NCBI RefSeq assembly: GCF_045310515.1
Contig: NZ_JBJHZX010000011.1
Location: 1 to 64,000, forward strand
Length of the DNA: 64,000 nucleotides
Direction: 5' to 3'
DNA from: Candidatus Clostridium eludens
GTDB taxonomy: Bacteria; Bacillota; Clostridia; Clostridiales; Clostridiaceae
The notes under the pieces were generated by a model, which ran no database searches, had not been told where the DNA came from, and saw only the letters and a program-made list of their open reading frames with translations. Each line of letters opens with the position of its first letter. The stretch's first letter is position 1. The translations under genes were made by a program, and so were the position numbers. Positions 10,452 through 20,059 of the stretch are shown piece by piece.

Positions 10452-10497
10452 ACTTCCTATATAGTTTCTCTATATAGGAAGTTTTTTATTTGATTAA
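10452..10497 (+). terminator. riboswitch expression-platform terminator
   Basis: aacttcctatatag-tttctc-tatataggaagtt hairpin followed by TTTTTTATTT. Confidence 0.8.
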
Positions 10498-10597
10498 CTA
10501 GATAAACTGGAGGTCAAGTCTTGTTTACTATAGAGTTTTGTGTAGTCTCTGTAGTATATGGACTTTGACCTCTTTATTTATTATATGAAATGCCTGG

Positions 10598-10682
10598 AAG
10601 AACTTATTCAGGTGCCCAGTAGTGCTTATCTCCCATTTTCAAGAAGATGGAAGTGTTGGTAATAGCAGCGTTTGGATAAATA
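10598..10682 (+). repeat. copy B of the 3'-of-gene repeat family
   Basis: gaagaacttattcaggtgcccagtagtgcttatctccc...ggtaatagcagcgtttggataaa aligns with copies A, C and D. Confidence 0.7.
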
Positions 10683-10711
10683 ATATTATATACCTGACCG
10701 GTAAACCGGAG

Positions 10712-10748
10712 GTTACATTATTAAAAAGATGTAACCTTTTTTTGTATA
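10712..10748 (+). terminator. intrinsic terminator (ggttacatt-loop-aatgtaacc plus a T7 run)
   Basis: Seen directly in the sequence. Confidence 0.6.
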
Positions 10749-10932
10749 AATTATCAAAGGCATATATACAAATTGTCTTATAAATATTCATAGTCAAATT
10801 GTGCTAGGAGGTGTTCTAATGTTAGAAGAAGATTTGATACAATAATAGGTTGTTAAGTTGAACTGCTTAAAAAAGATAATCTGTGTCAGAAAAATTATTG
10901 AATAAATAAAAGTGAAAAATAGGGGGAAAGAA

Positions 10933-12009
10933 ATGAAAAAAAATAAAAAGTTTAAATTATCTTACTATGTAATTATGTTAATTTTATCCACAGCATTTTT
11001 TGCGGCGTGCTCAAATACAACAACATCTAATCAAAAGTCTGATGCTGTAAATGAACAAAATGCTTCAAATAATAAGAATTCTGCTAGTTCTGGTGTTACT
11101 GATCCTATTGATGGGAAGTCTGTTCCTTCACTTAAAGGTAAGAAGATAGGAGTTGCCATAGAAGGAATAAGCAATAATTGGGAGAGGCAAGCTTATCAAG
11201 CTCAAATTGATCGAATAAAACAATTGGGGGGAACAGCCATTGAAGTTAATGGCGAGCGTAATACTCAAAAACATATTTCTGATATTGAGAATTTGATTAC
11301 TCAAAAGCCTGATGCAATCATTAAGCAACTTGGAGATGCAAAAGTATATGCACCTGTACTTAAGAAGGTACGTGCTGCAAATATTCCGCTTTTTACTGTT
11401 GATCATCCTAGTGAAGATAGTATTACTAATGCTTCATCAGATAATTATTTTATTGGTGAAGCATTAGCACGTAAAATGTTTGAAGATATAGGTGGAGAAG
11501 GTAAAATTGCAGTTTTTAATGGATTTTATGGAGAGAGAACTTTAGCTATTCGTTATGATGAAATGAAATATGTGGCTAAGGATTATCCTAAAATTCAGTT
11601 TATCCAACCTGAGCTGCAGGATATTATTGATGGTACTATAGAAGATTCAAAAAAGAAGGTTCAAGATTTGTTAATAAAGTATCCTAATAAGGGAGATTTA
11701 AAAGCTATCTGGGCAGGGTGGGATATTCCTGCAATTGGCGCTTCTCAGGCTTTAGAGGCAGCTGGGAGAACTGATATTAAAGTTTATGCGGTTGATGGAG
11801 ATCCTAGTGCACTGAAAGTACTTGCGGATAAAAATTCTCCTTTTGCTGCAGATATGGCCCAACAGCCTTATAAAATTGGTCAGGCTGCAGTGGATTCTGC
11901 TGCACGATATTTAAATGGTGAAACAGTACCAAGGTCAATTTACGTAGATCCATTACTTGTTACGAAGGATAATGTACAAGATGCAGAAAAGATTTTATTT
12001 AAAAAGTAA
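10933..12009 (+). CDS. ABC transporter substrate-binding lipoprotein (periplasmic-binding-protein type 1, RbsB/LsrB-like, CUT2 family)
   Basis: Signal peptide with lipobox (AFFAAC). Type-1 PBP fold. ATG at 10933 is preceded by AGGGGG, whereas the ORF track starts at an upstream GTG. Confidence 0.8.
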   Translation: MKKNKKFKLSYYVIMLILSTAFFAACSNTTTSNQKSDAVNEQNASNNKNSASSGVTDPIDGKSVPSLKGKKIGVAIEGISNNWERQAYQAQIDRIKQLGGTAIEVNGERNTQKHISDIENLITQKPDAIIKQLGDAKVYAPVLKKVRAANIPLFTVDHPSEDSITNASSDNYFIGEALARKMFEDIGGEGKIAVFNGFYGERTLAIRYDEMKYVAKDYPKIQFIQPELQDIIDGTIEDSKKKVQDLLIKYPNKGDLKAIWAGWDIPAIGASQALEAAGRTDIKVYAVDGDPSALKVLADKNSPFAADMAQQPYKIGQAAVDSAARYLNGETVPRSIYVDPLLVTKDNVQDAEKILFKK

Positions 12010-12090
12010 ATAAGAATATCAAGACAGAGGGTAGGAATATTTTCTATTCTCTGAATAATAATTTGTGTGTAAAGGAGGGTGTATTAGTTT

Positions 12091-13614
12091 ATGAATGAAA
12101 AATATATTTTAGAAATGATAAATATAGAAAAAGAATTTCCAGGTGTTAAGGCTCTTCAAAATGTTACTTTGCAAATACGTAATGCAGAAATACATGGTAT
12201 TGTAGGAGAAAATGGAGCAGGAAAATCTACATTGATGAAAATACTGGCAGGAATTTATAATCAAGATAGTGGACAAATAAAATTTGATGGTGAAATACAG
12301 GAACACTTAACAACAAAAATGGTAGAAAAGTTGAAAATTCATTTCATTCATCAGGAAAGGTATATAGTCCCTTACCTTACTGTAGCAGAATCTTTATTTT
12401 TGGGCATTGAACCTACACATTCTATATTTAAGTTGGTAAATAGAAAATCCTTAAAGCAAGAAGCTGAAAGACTTTTAAAAGAAAAATTAGGAATTTTTAT
12501 TCGGGGAAATAAATTAATGGGAGATTTAACTGTAGGAGAACAGCAATTAGTTCAAATTTGTCGTGCATTATTGCATAATCCTAAAGTAATTGTTTTTGAT
12601 GAGCCCACTGCTGTACTTTCAAAGCGTGAAGCAGATGGGTTATTTGAAATTATAAGAGAATTGGGAGAGAAAATTTCAATTATTTATATATCTCACTATT
12701 TAGGAGAAATTTTAAATCTGTGTCATAGAATTACGGTATTACGTAATGGTAGAAAAGTTAAAACTATGGATTCTAATGGATTGAATATTAAGGACATTGT
12801 TGTAATGATGATTGGACGAAACATAGAAAAACAGTTTCCGCCTAAAAGAAGGTGGAAGAAAGAAATCTTGTTGAATGTGAAAGGATTAACTCATATTACA
12901 CATTTTAAGGATGTTACTTTTCAAGTTCACGCTGGTGAAATAATTGGCATAACGGGTTTAATAGGTTCCGGACATATTGATGTAGGCAAAGCTATTTATA
13001 ATAATAATGGGATAATTAGTGGTACCATAGAATTTCAGTGCCATCAATTATCCAATAACAAACCTGAGAAAGCGGTGGCTTCTGGAATGGCATATGTACC
13101 AGAGGATAGACGAAATCTAGGTGTAATTCAAAACATGTCTGTGAGAGAAAATATAATGCTTTCGTACTTAAAAAGAGTAAGCAGAAAAGGTGTAATTAAT
13201 ACTAGGGATGAACATAATAAAGTGGACGATATAATAAAAAAATTAAGGATTAGTACTCCAAATCAAGAAATATCAGCAGGACTGCTGAGTGGTGGAAACC
13301 AACAAAAGGTTGTAATTGGAAAGTGGCTAAACAGTGAATCTAAGTTGTATATACTAAATGAACTAACTTCAGGTGTAGATATAGGTGCTAAGGTTGAAAT
13401 TTATTCTATCATAAATAATTTAGCCGGGAATGGTGCAGGAATAATTTTAATTTCACAGGACATACAAGAATTGGTTGGCTTATCTCATCGTATTTTTGTA
13501 ATGTACCGCGGCAAAATTGTAAATGAGTTTCATGGGAACAATACTACAACAGATGAAGTATTTGTTTCTATGATGGGGGGGAATAAAAATGACTCAGTTA
13601 ACATCAAACATTAA
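12091..13614 (+). CDS. ABC transporter ATP-binding protein with duplicated ATPase domains (RbsA/MglA-like)
   Basis: Walker A GENGAGKST. 507 aa with two ABC domains. Confidence 0.85.
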   Translation: MNEKYILEMINIEKEFPGVKALQNVTLQIRNAEIHGIVGENGAGKSTLMKILAGIYNQDSGQIKFDGEIQEHLTTKMVEKLKIHFIHQERYIVPYLTVAESLFLGIEPTHSIFKLVNRKSLKQEAERLLKEKLGIFIRGNKLMGDLTVGEQQLVQICRALLHNPKVIVFDEPTAVLSKREADGLFEIIRELGEKISIIYISHYLGEILNLCHRITVLRNGRKVKTMDSNGLNIKDIVVMMIGRNIEKQFPPKRRWKKEILLNVKGLTHITHFKDVTFQVHAGEIIGITGLIGSGHIDVGKAIYNNNGIISGTIEFQCHQLSNNKPEKAVASGMAYVPEDRRNLGVIQNMSVRENIMLSYLKRVSRKGVINTRDEHNKVDDIIKKLRISTPNQEISAGLLSGGNQQKVVIGKWLNSESKLYILNELTSGVDIGAKVEIYSIINNLAGNGAGIILISQDIQELVGLSHRIFVMYRGKIVNEFHGNNTTTDEVFVSMMGGNKNDSVNIKH

Positions 13615-14584
13615 AATATCAAAACGTACTAATATTTTATTAAAATACAGTGGATATATAGTATTCCTTGTTTTAGCTATATTTTTCTCAATTATTTCAC
13701 CATCTTTTTTAAAATTACAAAATTTAATCAATATCTTAAATCAATGTAGTGTCTTAGCAATTGCTGCAGCTGGAATGACTATTATATTAATTGGCGGAGG
13801 TACTCATGTTATTCAAGGAGGAATTGATTTATCATTAGGAAATAATCTTGCAATTATTAGTACTATTACAGCAGTGTTAATAAGTAAGAACTATTCTTTT
13901 TTCACTATACTGGTGATAATTGTATCATGCAGTTTATTTATTGGTTTGATAAATGCTGTTATGATTGTAAGGCTTAGGATAATACCCTTGCTTGCAACAT
14001 TGTCAATGATGTATTTATTACAAGGGGTAGAACTTTTAATTTCTGGCAACAAACCAATAAATGTATCAAACCCTATGTTGAGTTTTCTTTCAAATGGTAA
14101 TTTTTTATTTTTGCCAAGCTCTGTATGGGTATTTATATTGGTAGAAATAATATTATATCTACTTTTAAATCGGTCAGTCTTTGGAAATTGGATAAATGCT
14201 GTAGGTGGAAATCCTAAGGCAGCGATGGTATCAGGTATTAATGTGAATTTTATTTTATCAGTAACCTATATTATTGCCTCAATTGTGACTCTAATTGCTA
14301 GTTTATTAGCTACAGCTAGGTTATCCGGCAGTGTACCAGGTACGGGAGATGTTATGTTGTTTGATATATTACTTGCAGCTTATATGAGTGCTGTTTTTTC
14401 ACGGACTTTTATACCTAATATTCCGGGAGCGATTCTTAGTTCATTATTTGTTGAAATGCTTACAAATGGGTTTACTTTAATAAATGTCCCCACATACTGG
14501 GTCTATGCTGTTAAAGGAGCATTAATATTATTAACTGTAGCAATTAGCAGCAAACAGCAAAGGAGGTTGGAGCAATATGTCTAA
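13589..14584 (+). CDS. ABC transporter permease (RbsC-like)
   Basis: Polytopic membrane protein. Overlaps the ATPase gene by 26 nt. Confidence 0.8.
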   Translation: MTQLTSNIKISKRTNILLKYSGYIVFLVLAIFFSIISPSFLKLQNLINILNQCSVLAIAAAGMTIILIGGGTHVIQGGIDLSLGNNLAIISTITAVLISKNYSFFTILVIIVSCSLFIGLINAVMIVRLRIIPLLATLSMMYLLQGVELLISGNKPINVSNPMLSFLSNGNFLFLPSSVWVFILVEIILYLLLNRSVFGNWINAVGGNPKAAMVSGINVNFILSVTYIIASIVTLIASLLATARLSGSVPGTGDVMLFDILLAAYMSAVFSRTFIPNIPGAILSSLFVEMLTNGFTLINVPTYWVYAVKGALILLTVAISSKQQRRLEQYV

Positions 14585-15605
14585 ATCATCAATTAAAAAT
14601 TTATCAAACTATAGTAATGGTGTAAGATTGAAAAATAGTTTAGTACGCTATAGTACCATTATAGCATTAGTGATATTGATTATGGGACTTTCTATTGTTA
14701 CTCCCAAATTTCTTAATCCCGGTAACTTAGTAAATATTTTGAGTCAATCATCTATACTTGCACTGGTAGCAGTAGGATTATGTTTAGTTATTGCTACCGG
14801 AGGACTGGACCTTTCTGTAGCAGTAGCATTTGATGTGGGGGGGATGGTATCAGTATTGTTATTACAAGGAGGATTTGGATGGTTAACTGCTATTATTTTT
14901 GGACTGCTTGCAGGAGTTGTCATAGGAGTTTTTAATAGCTTTCTAGTATTAAAGATTAAAATTACAGTTTTTTTAGCTACATTAGGAACTCTTTTTATTG
15001 TACAGAGCATTGAAAGAATTATTACTGAAGGAGGAACACCGGTATATTTACCAGATATGGATGAAGTCTTCAAATTTTTGGGACGTGGAAGTGTATTTGT
15101 CATACAAAAAGGAAGTCAAATCGATTTTAAATTTTCCATAGTTATTGCTCTTCTTGTAGCTTTATTTATACACCTGCTGCTTAAGCGAACTGTGTTTGGC
15201 AGATATTTATACGCAATTGGATCTCAAAAAGAAGCAGCAGAACTTTCTGGTGTTCCAGTTGGCAGATATACTCTCTATGCTTTTATACTTTGCAGTGTAA
15301 TATGTTCATTTGCAGGTATTATTGCTTCGTCCGCTTTGACATCATATGTCCCTCTCAGTGGTAATTACTATTTGATGGACGGCATAGGTGCTGTTTTTAT
15401 CGGGAGTACTTTAAATGAAAAAGGTTTTGTTGATATACCAGGTACATTAATTGGAGTGTTGTTTTATGGAATTGTATCTAATGGACTTAGTCTGGTAGGG
15501 ATCAATTTTTACTGGCAAAGTGTAGCTCATGGACTTCTCATGTTTTTTATATTAATATTGAATTCATATAGATTAATTTCTATTAAAAAGATATGTCTTA
15601 GTTAG
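14577..15605 (+). CDS. ABC transporter permease (RbsC-like), second copy
   Basis: Polytopic membrane protein. Overlaps the preceding permease gene by 8 nt. Confidence 0.8.
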   Translation: MSKSSIKNLSNYSNGVRLKNSLVRYSTIIALVILIMGLSIVTPKFLNPGNLVNILSQSSILALVAVGLCLVIATGGLDLSVAVAFDVGGMVSVLLLQGGFGWLTAIIFGLLAGVVIGVFNSFLVLKIKITVFLATLGTLFIVQSIERIITEGGTPVYLPDMDEVFKFLGRGSVFVIQKGSQIDFKFSIVIALLVALFIHLLLKRTVFGRYLYAIGSQKEAAELSGVPVGRYTLYAFILCSVICSFAGIIASSALTSYVPLSGNYYLMDGIGAVFIGSTLNEKGFVDIPGTLIGVLFYGIVSNGLSLVGINFYWQSVAHGLLMFFILILNSYRLISIKKICLS

Positions 15606-15657
15606 ATTATTGTATTTGTTTTACGTGATATTGCTATTATATAAGGAGGTTAAATTA

Positions 15658-16143
15658 ATGGGAAAAATTGTTTTTGCAGGTGGTTGTTTCTGGGGGGTTG
15701 AAGCCTATTTTAATACAGTAAAGGGAGTGCTTTTTACTAAAGTTGGATATGCTAATGGTAATACGGAAAATCCAACATACGAACAAGTATGTAAACATAC
15801 AACAGGCTTTGCAGAAGCTTGCTATATAGAATATGATGACAGCATTATAACACTAGAACAATTACTTGGTGACTATTGGAAAATAGTTGATCCTACAATA
15901 AAAGATAGGCAGGGTCACGATATAGGAAATCAGTATCGCACAGGTATTTATTATTTTAATGAAAAAGATGTTGAAATAATAAAAAAATCTAGAGAGAGTG
16001 AACAAGAGAAATATGAGAAAGTTATTGTAACTGAAATAGAACCTCTAAAAAATTTTTATGATGCAGAGGAATATCATCAAAAATATTTAGATAAAAATCC
16101 AAATGGGTACTGTCATATTCCAAAAGAATTATTAATAAAATGA
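15658..16143 (+). CDS. msrA: peptide methionine sulfoxide reductase MsrA
   Basis: [18 protein letters not shown] active-site motif. RBS AAGGAGG before ATG 15658. Confidence 0.9.
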   Translation: MGKIVFAGGCFWGVEAYFNTVKGVLFTKVGYANGNTENPTYEQVCKHTTGFAEACYIEYDDSIITLEQLLGDYWKIVDPTIKDRQGHDIGNQYRTGIYYFNEKDVEIIKKSRESEQEKYEKVIVTEIEPLKNFYDAEEYHQKYLDKNPNGYCHIPKELLIK

Positions 16144-16157
16144 GGCTATTCTTAGAT

Positions 16158-16262
16158 TCAAGTGGGGGATAAGCACTGCTGCGCACCTGGATAAGTTCTT
16201 CTCCTAAAGGATAACGTATTCTAAGTGCTAAAGACACTAAGAATACTGTTAATAAGGTTCAG
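16158..16262 (-). repeat. copy E (reverse orientation, truncated) of the 3'-of-gene repeat family
   Basis: The reverse complement is nearly identical to 44338-44440 (gaaccttattaacagtattcttagtgtctttagcacttagaatacgttatcctttagg.gaagaacttatccagg.gcg.agcagtgcttatcccccactt). Sits directly 3' of the minus-strand gene 16338-17480. Confidence 0.75.
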
Positions 16263-16337
16263 CTGGAGAGAGTCATCCTTATAAGCAAACTCCATCTGAA
16301 CCTAAGAATCACTTGATTGAGAACATATATTGATACA

Positions 16338-17480
16338 TTAGTTACCTGTATTTTCGGTGGTTCCACCTGTTGATGTATTTGTATTTCCAGTGGTTCCATT
16401 TGTTGATGTGTTCGTGTCTGTATTTTTAGTGGTTCCATCTGTGGATGTATTTTCATCTGCATTCTTAGTTGTTTCGTCTGTAGATGTATTTTTATCTGTA
16501 TTATCAGTGGTTCCATCTGTGGATGTCTTTGTATCTGTATTTTGGGTGTTTCCGTCTGTAGATGTTTTTGTATCTGTATTTTTGGTAGTTCCATCTGTAG
16601 ATGTATTTGTATTTTTGGTATTTTCATCTGTGGATGTCTTTGCATTCCCATTTTTAGTTGTTCTACCTGTAGATGTATTTTTACCTGATGAACCCGTTGC
16701 ATCAGTGGATTGTTCTTGAACAGTGGTTTTTATATCGGGAGTTTGTGTATTAGTAGGTATTCTTTTAAAATAAGATTTTACTAAAACACCGGCAATCATA
16801 ACTAAAATGATTGATACAATTGTTATTATTGCCTTTTTACTCTTACTAGGTCTCTTATTTCTATTGGGTACTTTTCTATTTCTTTTATTTATTGTTTTTT
16901 CAGTCCTTGATACTTTATCCATAACTATTGTAAAGTCATCTTTTTTATTAGGAACCATTGTCTTAGTTTTTTTCGTTCTGTTTAAGATTATTTCATTTAT
17001 ATTTTTAGGTATATTAAACAATAAGGCTAGTATCCCATTTTGTTCTACAGAGTCTATCTCCTTAAAATTTTCAGGTGATCTAATTGTAATAACAGGCTTA
17101 TTATACACTCCATGTTGATTTTCTACATATAATGTAACTGAAAATTTATCACCCTTACCTAAAAAAGGTATATAGATATCCAAAATGCTATCTTTTATTG
17201 AAGAATCAAATTTTAAACCTTTTGTTATTTTGGCATCTGTAATCCTTAAGTTATTTTGTGGACTTTGTATATTTAGAGTTAGTTCATGAATTATTTTGTT
17301 TGATATATTGCTAACAGTAATAATGTATGCACGAATCTTTTTACTGTTTATTTCCATAGGTATAGCATTGCCTATGTTACATAGTATTCTGGGTGCTAAA
17401 TTTTTATAATAATCTAACAATAAACCAGATATAAATGATATTATTATAGTTATAATTGCAGTTTTAATAATGCTTATCAT
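16338..17480 (-). CDS. membrane-anchored hypothetical protein with a C-terminal Thr/Asn/Asp-rich 13-aa tandem repeat array
   Basis: Two TM helices. Repeats of the TSTDGTTKNTDTK type are encoded by a 39-bp tandem repeat at about 16350-16700. Start is probably the internal ATG, preceded by AAGGAAG. Confidence 0.55.
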   Translation of the reverse strand: MISIIKTAIITIIISFISGLLLDYYKNLAPRILCNIGNAIPMEINSKKIRAYIITVSNISNKIIHELTLNIQSPQNNLRITDAKITKGLKFDSSIKDSILDIYIPFLGKGDKFSVTLYVENQHGVYNKPVITIRSPENFKEIDSVEQNGILALLFNIPKNINEIILNRTKKTKTMVPNKKDDFTIVMDKVSRTEKTINKRNRKVPNRNKRPSKSKKAIITIVSIILVMIAGVLVKSYFKRIPTNTQTPDIKTTVQEQSTDATGSSGKNTSTGRTTKNGNAKTSTDENTKNTNTSTDGTTKNTDTKTSTDGNTQNTDTKTSTDGTTDNTDKNTSTDETTKNADENTSTDGTTKNTDTNTSTNGTTGNTNTSTGGTTENTGN

Positions 17481-18367
17481 ATTAATTTTCGCTTCCTTAT
17501 TTTTTACCATTATACAACTAAATTATAAAGTAGATAGATATTTGTGTCAAATTTAAAGATTGGTTACTATGAAATGTAATGATTGAATATCTCACTTATA
17601 TTCAAGGAATGCTTCAAAGTATAAAGAAGTGTAATTATGAAAGTTATAGTTTAACTTAATAATAATTTTAAACTTGAAATTAACTTCTAGATTGGTTTCA
17701 GGTTTTATTTTGGTTTGTAAAATATAAAAAGCAAAGGGGCATAAAGATTTACCTTACACCAATATAAATAATTTAATATCTAGTTATAATCCCTTAAATC
17801 ATATTAAATATGATTTTTAAAACCATAACTAAACAGTTCACCACCCATATTAATGATTCGTTCGACCATACAACATACCTACACAGCTATATACAACCCT
17901 CTAGCTGTATATAACCATCTCAGCACCCTGGATGATCTTCGCTGGACCCTATACAATAATTTGGGATCCCATTATAATCAACATAATTAACCATAATGAA
18001 ACCTTTCATCAACATATAAGATCTACCTTAAACCGTATATACAAGATTTTTAACTCTTAATGTAAATCCTACAAAAATTTGTGATTAAACATATTTTTAT
18101 TATCTACTCTACTAAAATTATTAAAAAAACATATACAGTTTAGGGCTAGCTTATATATGCTTTTTAGCATATATAAGCTTTGGCTCAATCCTCATGTCCT
18201 TTACATTATTTAATATGCCCTAGCATAAAAAAATAATTCAAAAATTTTTATGTAATTTAATCCAAATATTTAAAACTTACTATTTAGCAGGAATTTTTTC
18301 TTTTTTAGAGAATTTTAATGTTATATAATTGCAAGTACAATGGCGTTGGTAATCTAGTTTAAAAGGG

Positions 18368-19207
18368 GTGCTTAATTTGAAATTTGATTGTGAACTTGTT
18401 GGTAAAGTGGGTTCAATGGCGTTAATCAGAAAAGGTGAATATGATATAGACTATAATGTTTTTAGCAGATTGGGAAAAGAACTCTTTCCTGGCTGCGTAT
18501 GGATAAGCTCTGGAGCTGGCGAGATTGGCCGTATAGATTATATGAAACGAAATAATGGTGAAGAAATTGAAAATAATTATGATGAAGATATTAAATCATA
18601 TTATGCTTCTCAAGGACAGGCTGTACTTATGGAGAATTATAGACGATTTATTAATCAAGATTATTCTGTAAGACAAATTTTAGTTGAACACTATCACTTT
18701 AATGATCCAGAAAAAAGACAGTTTATCAGAAAACTATTACTTCAATCGGTAAAGCAAAATGCAATACCAATTATAAATTATAACGATTCTGTAAGCAGTG
18801 AGGAAATACGAAAATTAGAACTTTATAATTTAAAACTAAATCACAATAAGGTAGTTGAATGTATTGATAACGATGAAACTGCTTCTCAGGTATCCCTATT
18901 AGTGAAGTCAAAATATTTAGTGATATTAACATCAGAGGTAGGATTACTAAAAAATGCAAAAGATCCTTCAACATTAATAAGTGGAGTAGAAGGTAAAAAT
19001 ACCTATGAATTAATAGAACATATAAGGGAAGTACAAGATTATTGTAGTGGTGCAAGTAGAAAAGGTGCAAATGGTATGAGAGCCAAGCTGGAATATTTAA
19101 TTGAGCCTGTAAAGCAAGGTACTACAGTTATAATAGGCCATTCAAAATATAGGCTTTCAGATTTGATAAATGGGAATGTAGAAAGAACTATTTTTCGTGT
19201 GAGATAA
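18368..19207 (+). CDS. amino-acid kinase family protein, glutamate-5-kinase-like and lacking a PUA domain
   Basis: KVGSMAL, DNDETASQVSLLV, ILTSEVGLL and GANGMRAKLE match ProB signatures. GTG start with RBS AAAAGGGG. Confidence 0.6.
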   Translation: MLNLKFDCELVGKVGSMALIRKGEYDIDYNVFSRLGKELFPGCVWISSGAGEIGRIDYMKRNNGEEIENNYDEDIKSYYASQGQAVLMENYRRFINQDYSVRQILVEHYHFNDPEKRQFIRKLLLQSVKQNAIPIINYNDSVSSEEIRKLELYNLKLNHNKVVECIDNDETASQVSLLVKSKYLVILTSEVGLLKNAKDPSTLISGVEGKNTYELIEHIREVQDYCSGASRKGANGMRAKLEYLIEPVKQGTTVIIGHSKYRLSDLINGNVERTIFRVR

Positions 19208-19518
19208 TTACAATGTTATTTTATCCACAAGTTATAAACAATTTATCCACATTATCCACAATTCATTATTTTTATATCTCTTATCTATTTTTCTATTTTA
19301 TATAAAAGAGTATATCTGAAAATTAAGTATTAACGTAAAAAATGTATACGTTAAGCAGATATACTCATAGCAAGTAATTAGTTGGGGTTAAATTGCCCTA
19401 TATATACTTATATGCCTCAACTTTATATTTATACGTTTTTTAATATCTTAACTTTTATTCACAATATATTATTTTATTTATAATATATATATTGTAAGTA
19501 GATTCACGGAGGTATTTT

Positions 19519-19860
19519 ATGGATACTAGTTCTTCTAGTGACAACATCAATAAAGAAAATGCTGAAAATTTATATGAATTTGAACAGCCTATATATTGTC
19601 CATATTATCGACCAATAAATTATGAATACGTAGATGCCATAGATACAGATTCAGATGATGAGTATTTTGACGATAATGATTTTGATGATTTTGATCTTGG
19701 ATATAGGCACGGAAGTGGTAGAAGGCGCAGACGCAGAAGACACAGACGTAGGAGGCATAGACCTTTATCTTGCCATCATAAATCTTCTCGTTACAGACCT
19801 TGCCCATTCTACTCAAGACCATTTGAACTATATTATGGATGTTGTGATGACTGGTATTAA
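19519..19860 (+). CDS. 113-aa protein with an acidic patch, a poly-arginine tract and a Cys/Tyr-rich tail
   Basis: Strong RBS GGAGG. DDEYFDDNDFDDFD, then RRRRRRRHRRRRHR, then CPFYSRPFELYYGCCDDWY. Confidence 0.6.
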   Translation: MDTSSSSDNINKENAENLYEFEQPIYCPYYRPINYEYVDAIDTDSDDEYFDDNDFDDFDLGYRHGSGRRRRRRRHRRRRHRPLSCHHKSSRYRPCPFYSRPFELYYGCCDDWY

Positions 19861-19861
19861 A

Positions 19862-19944
19862 AACTTATCCAGGCGCATAGTACTGCTTATCTCCCGCTTT
19901 GAAGAAGGTGGGAGTATTAGCTAATTACTGCGTTGGGATAAGGG
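19862..19944 (+). repeat. copy C of the 3'-of-gene repeat family
   Basis: Begins 2 nt after the stop of the 19519-19860 ORF. acttatccaggcgcatagtactgcttatctcccgctt...gcgttgggataag. Confidence 0.7.
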
Positions 19945-20024
19945 TATTTTACTAAATCGATTGCTGTTAGTATAATTCATAATTACTTAAATGTACAGTT
20001 TCCTCGTATTAAGGCAAAAAGGTG

Positions 20025-20053
20025 TTGACAAAGAAATGTATACAGTTTAGAAT
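20025..20053 (+). promoter_or_regulatory. sigma-A-type promoter TTGACA-17-TAGAAT
   Basis: Consensus -35, a 17-nt spacer, and a near-consensus -10. Confidence 0.65.
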
Positions 20054-20059
20054 TAAATT

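Noticed and set aside
10577-10660. Short peptide-like frames (EELIQ.RS.AYPPL) conserved across copies of the 3' repeat element
   Set aside because: The conservation is explained by nucleotide-level and structural conservation. Substitutions are not biased toward synonymous changes. No consistent start codon or RBS is present.
16259-16719. Two ORFs in alternative frames and strands across the 39-bp tandem repeat (a Q/H/P-rich 147 aa and a V/D/F-rich 120 aa)
   Set aside because: They are frame artefacts of the repeat. Only the minus-strand frame that continues into the two-TM N-terminal domain gives a coherent protein.
19655-19924. 89-aa ORF overlapping the Arg-tract gene and the repeat element
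   Set aside because: It is an alternative frame of a gene with a far better RBS, and its 3' part is the structured repeat.
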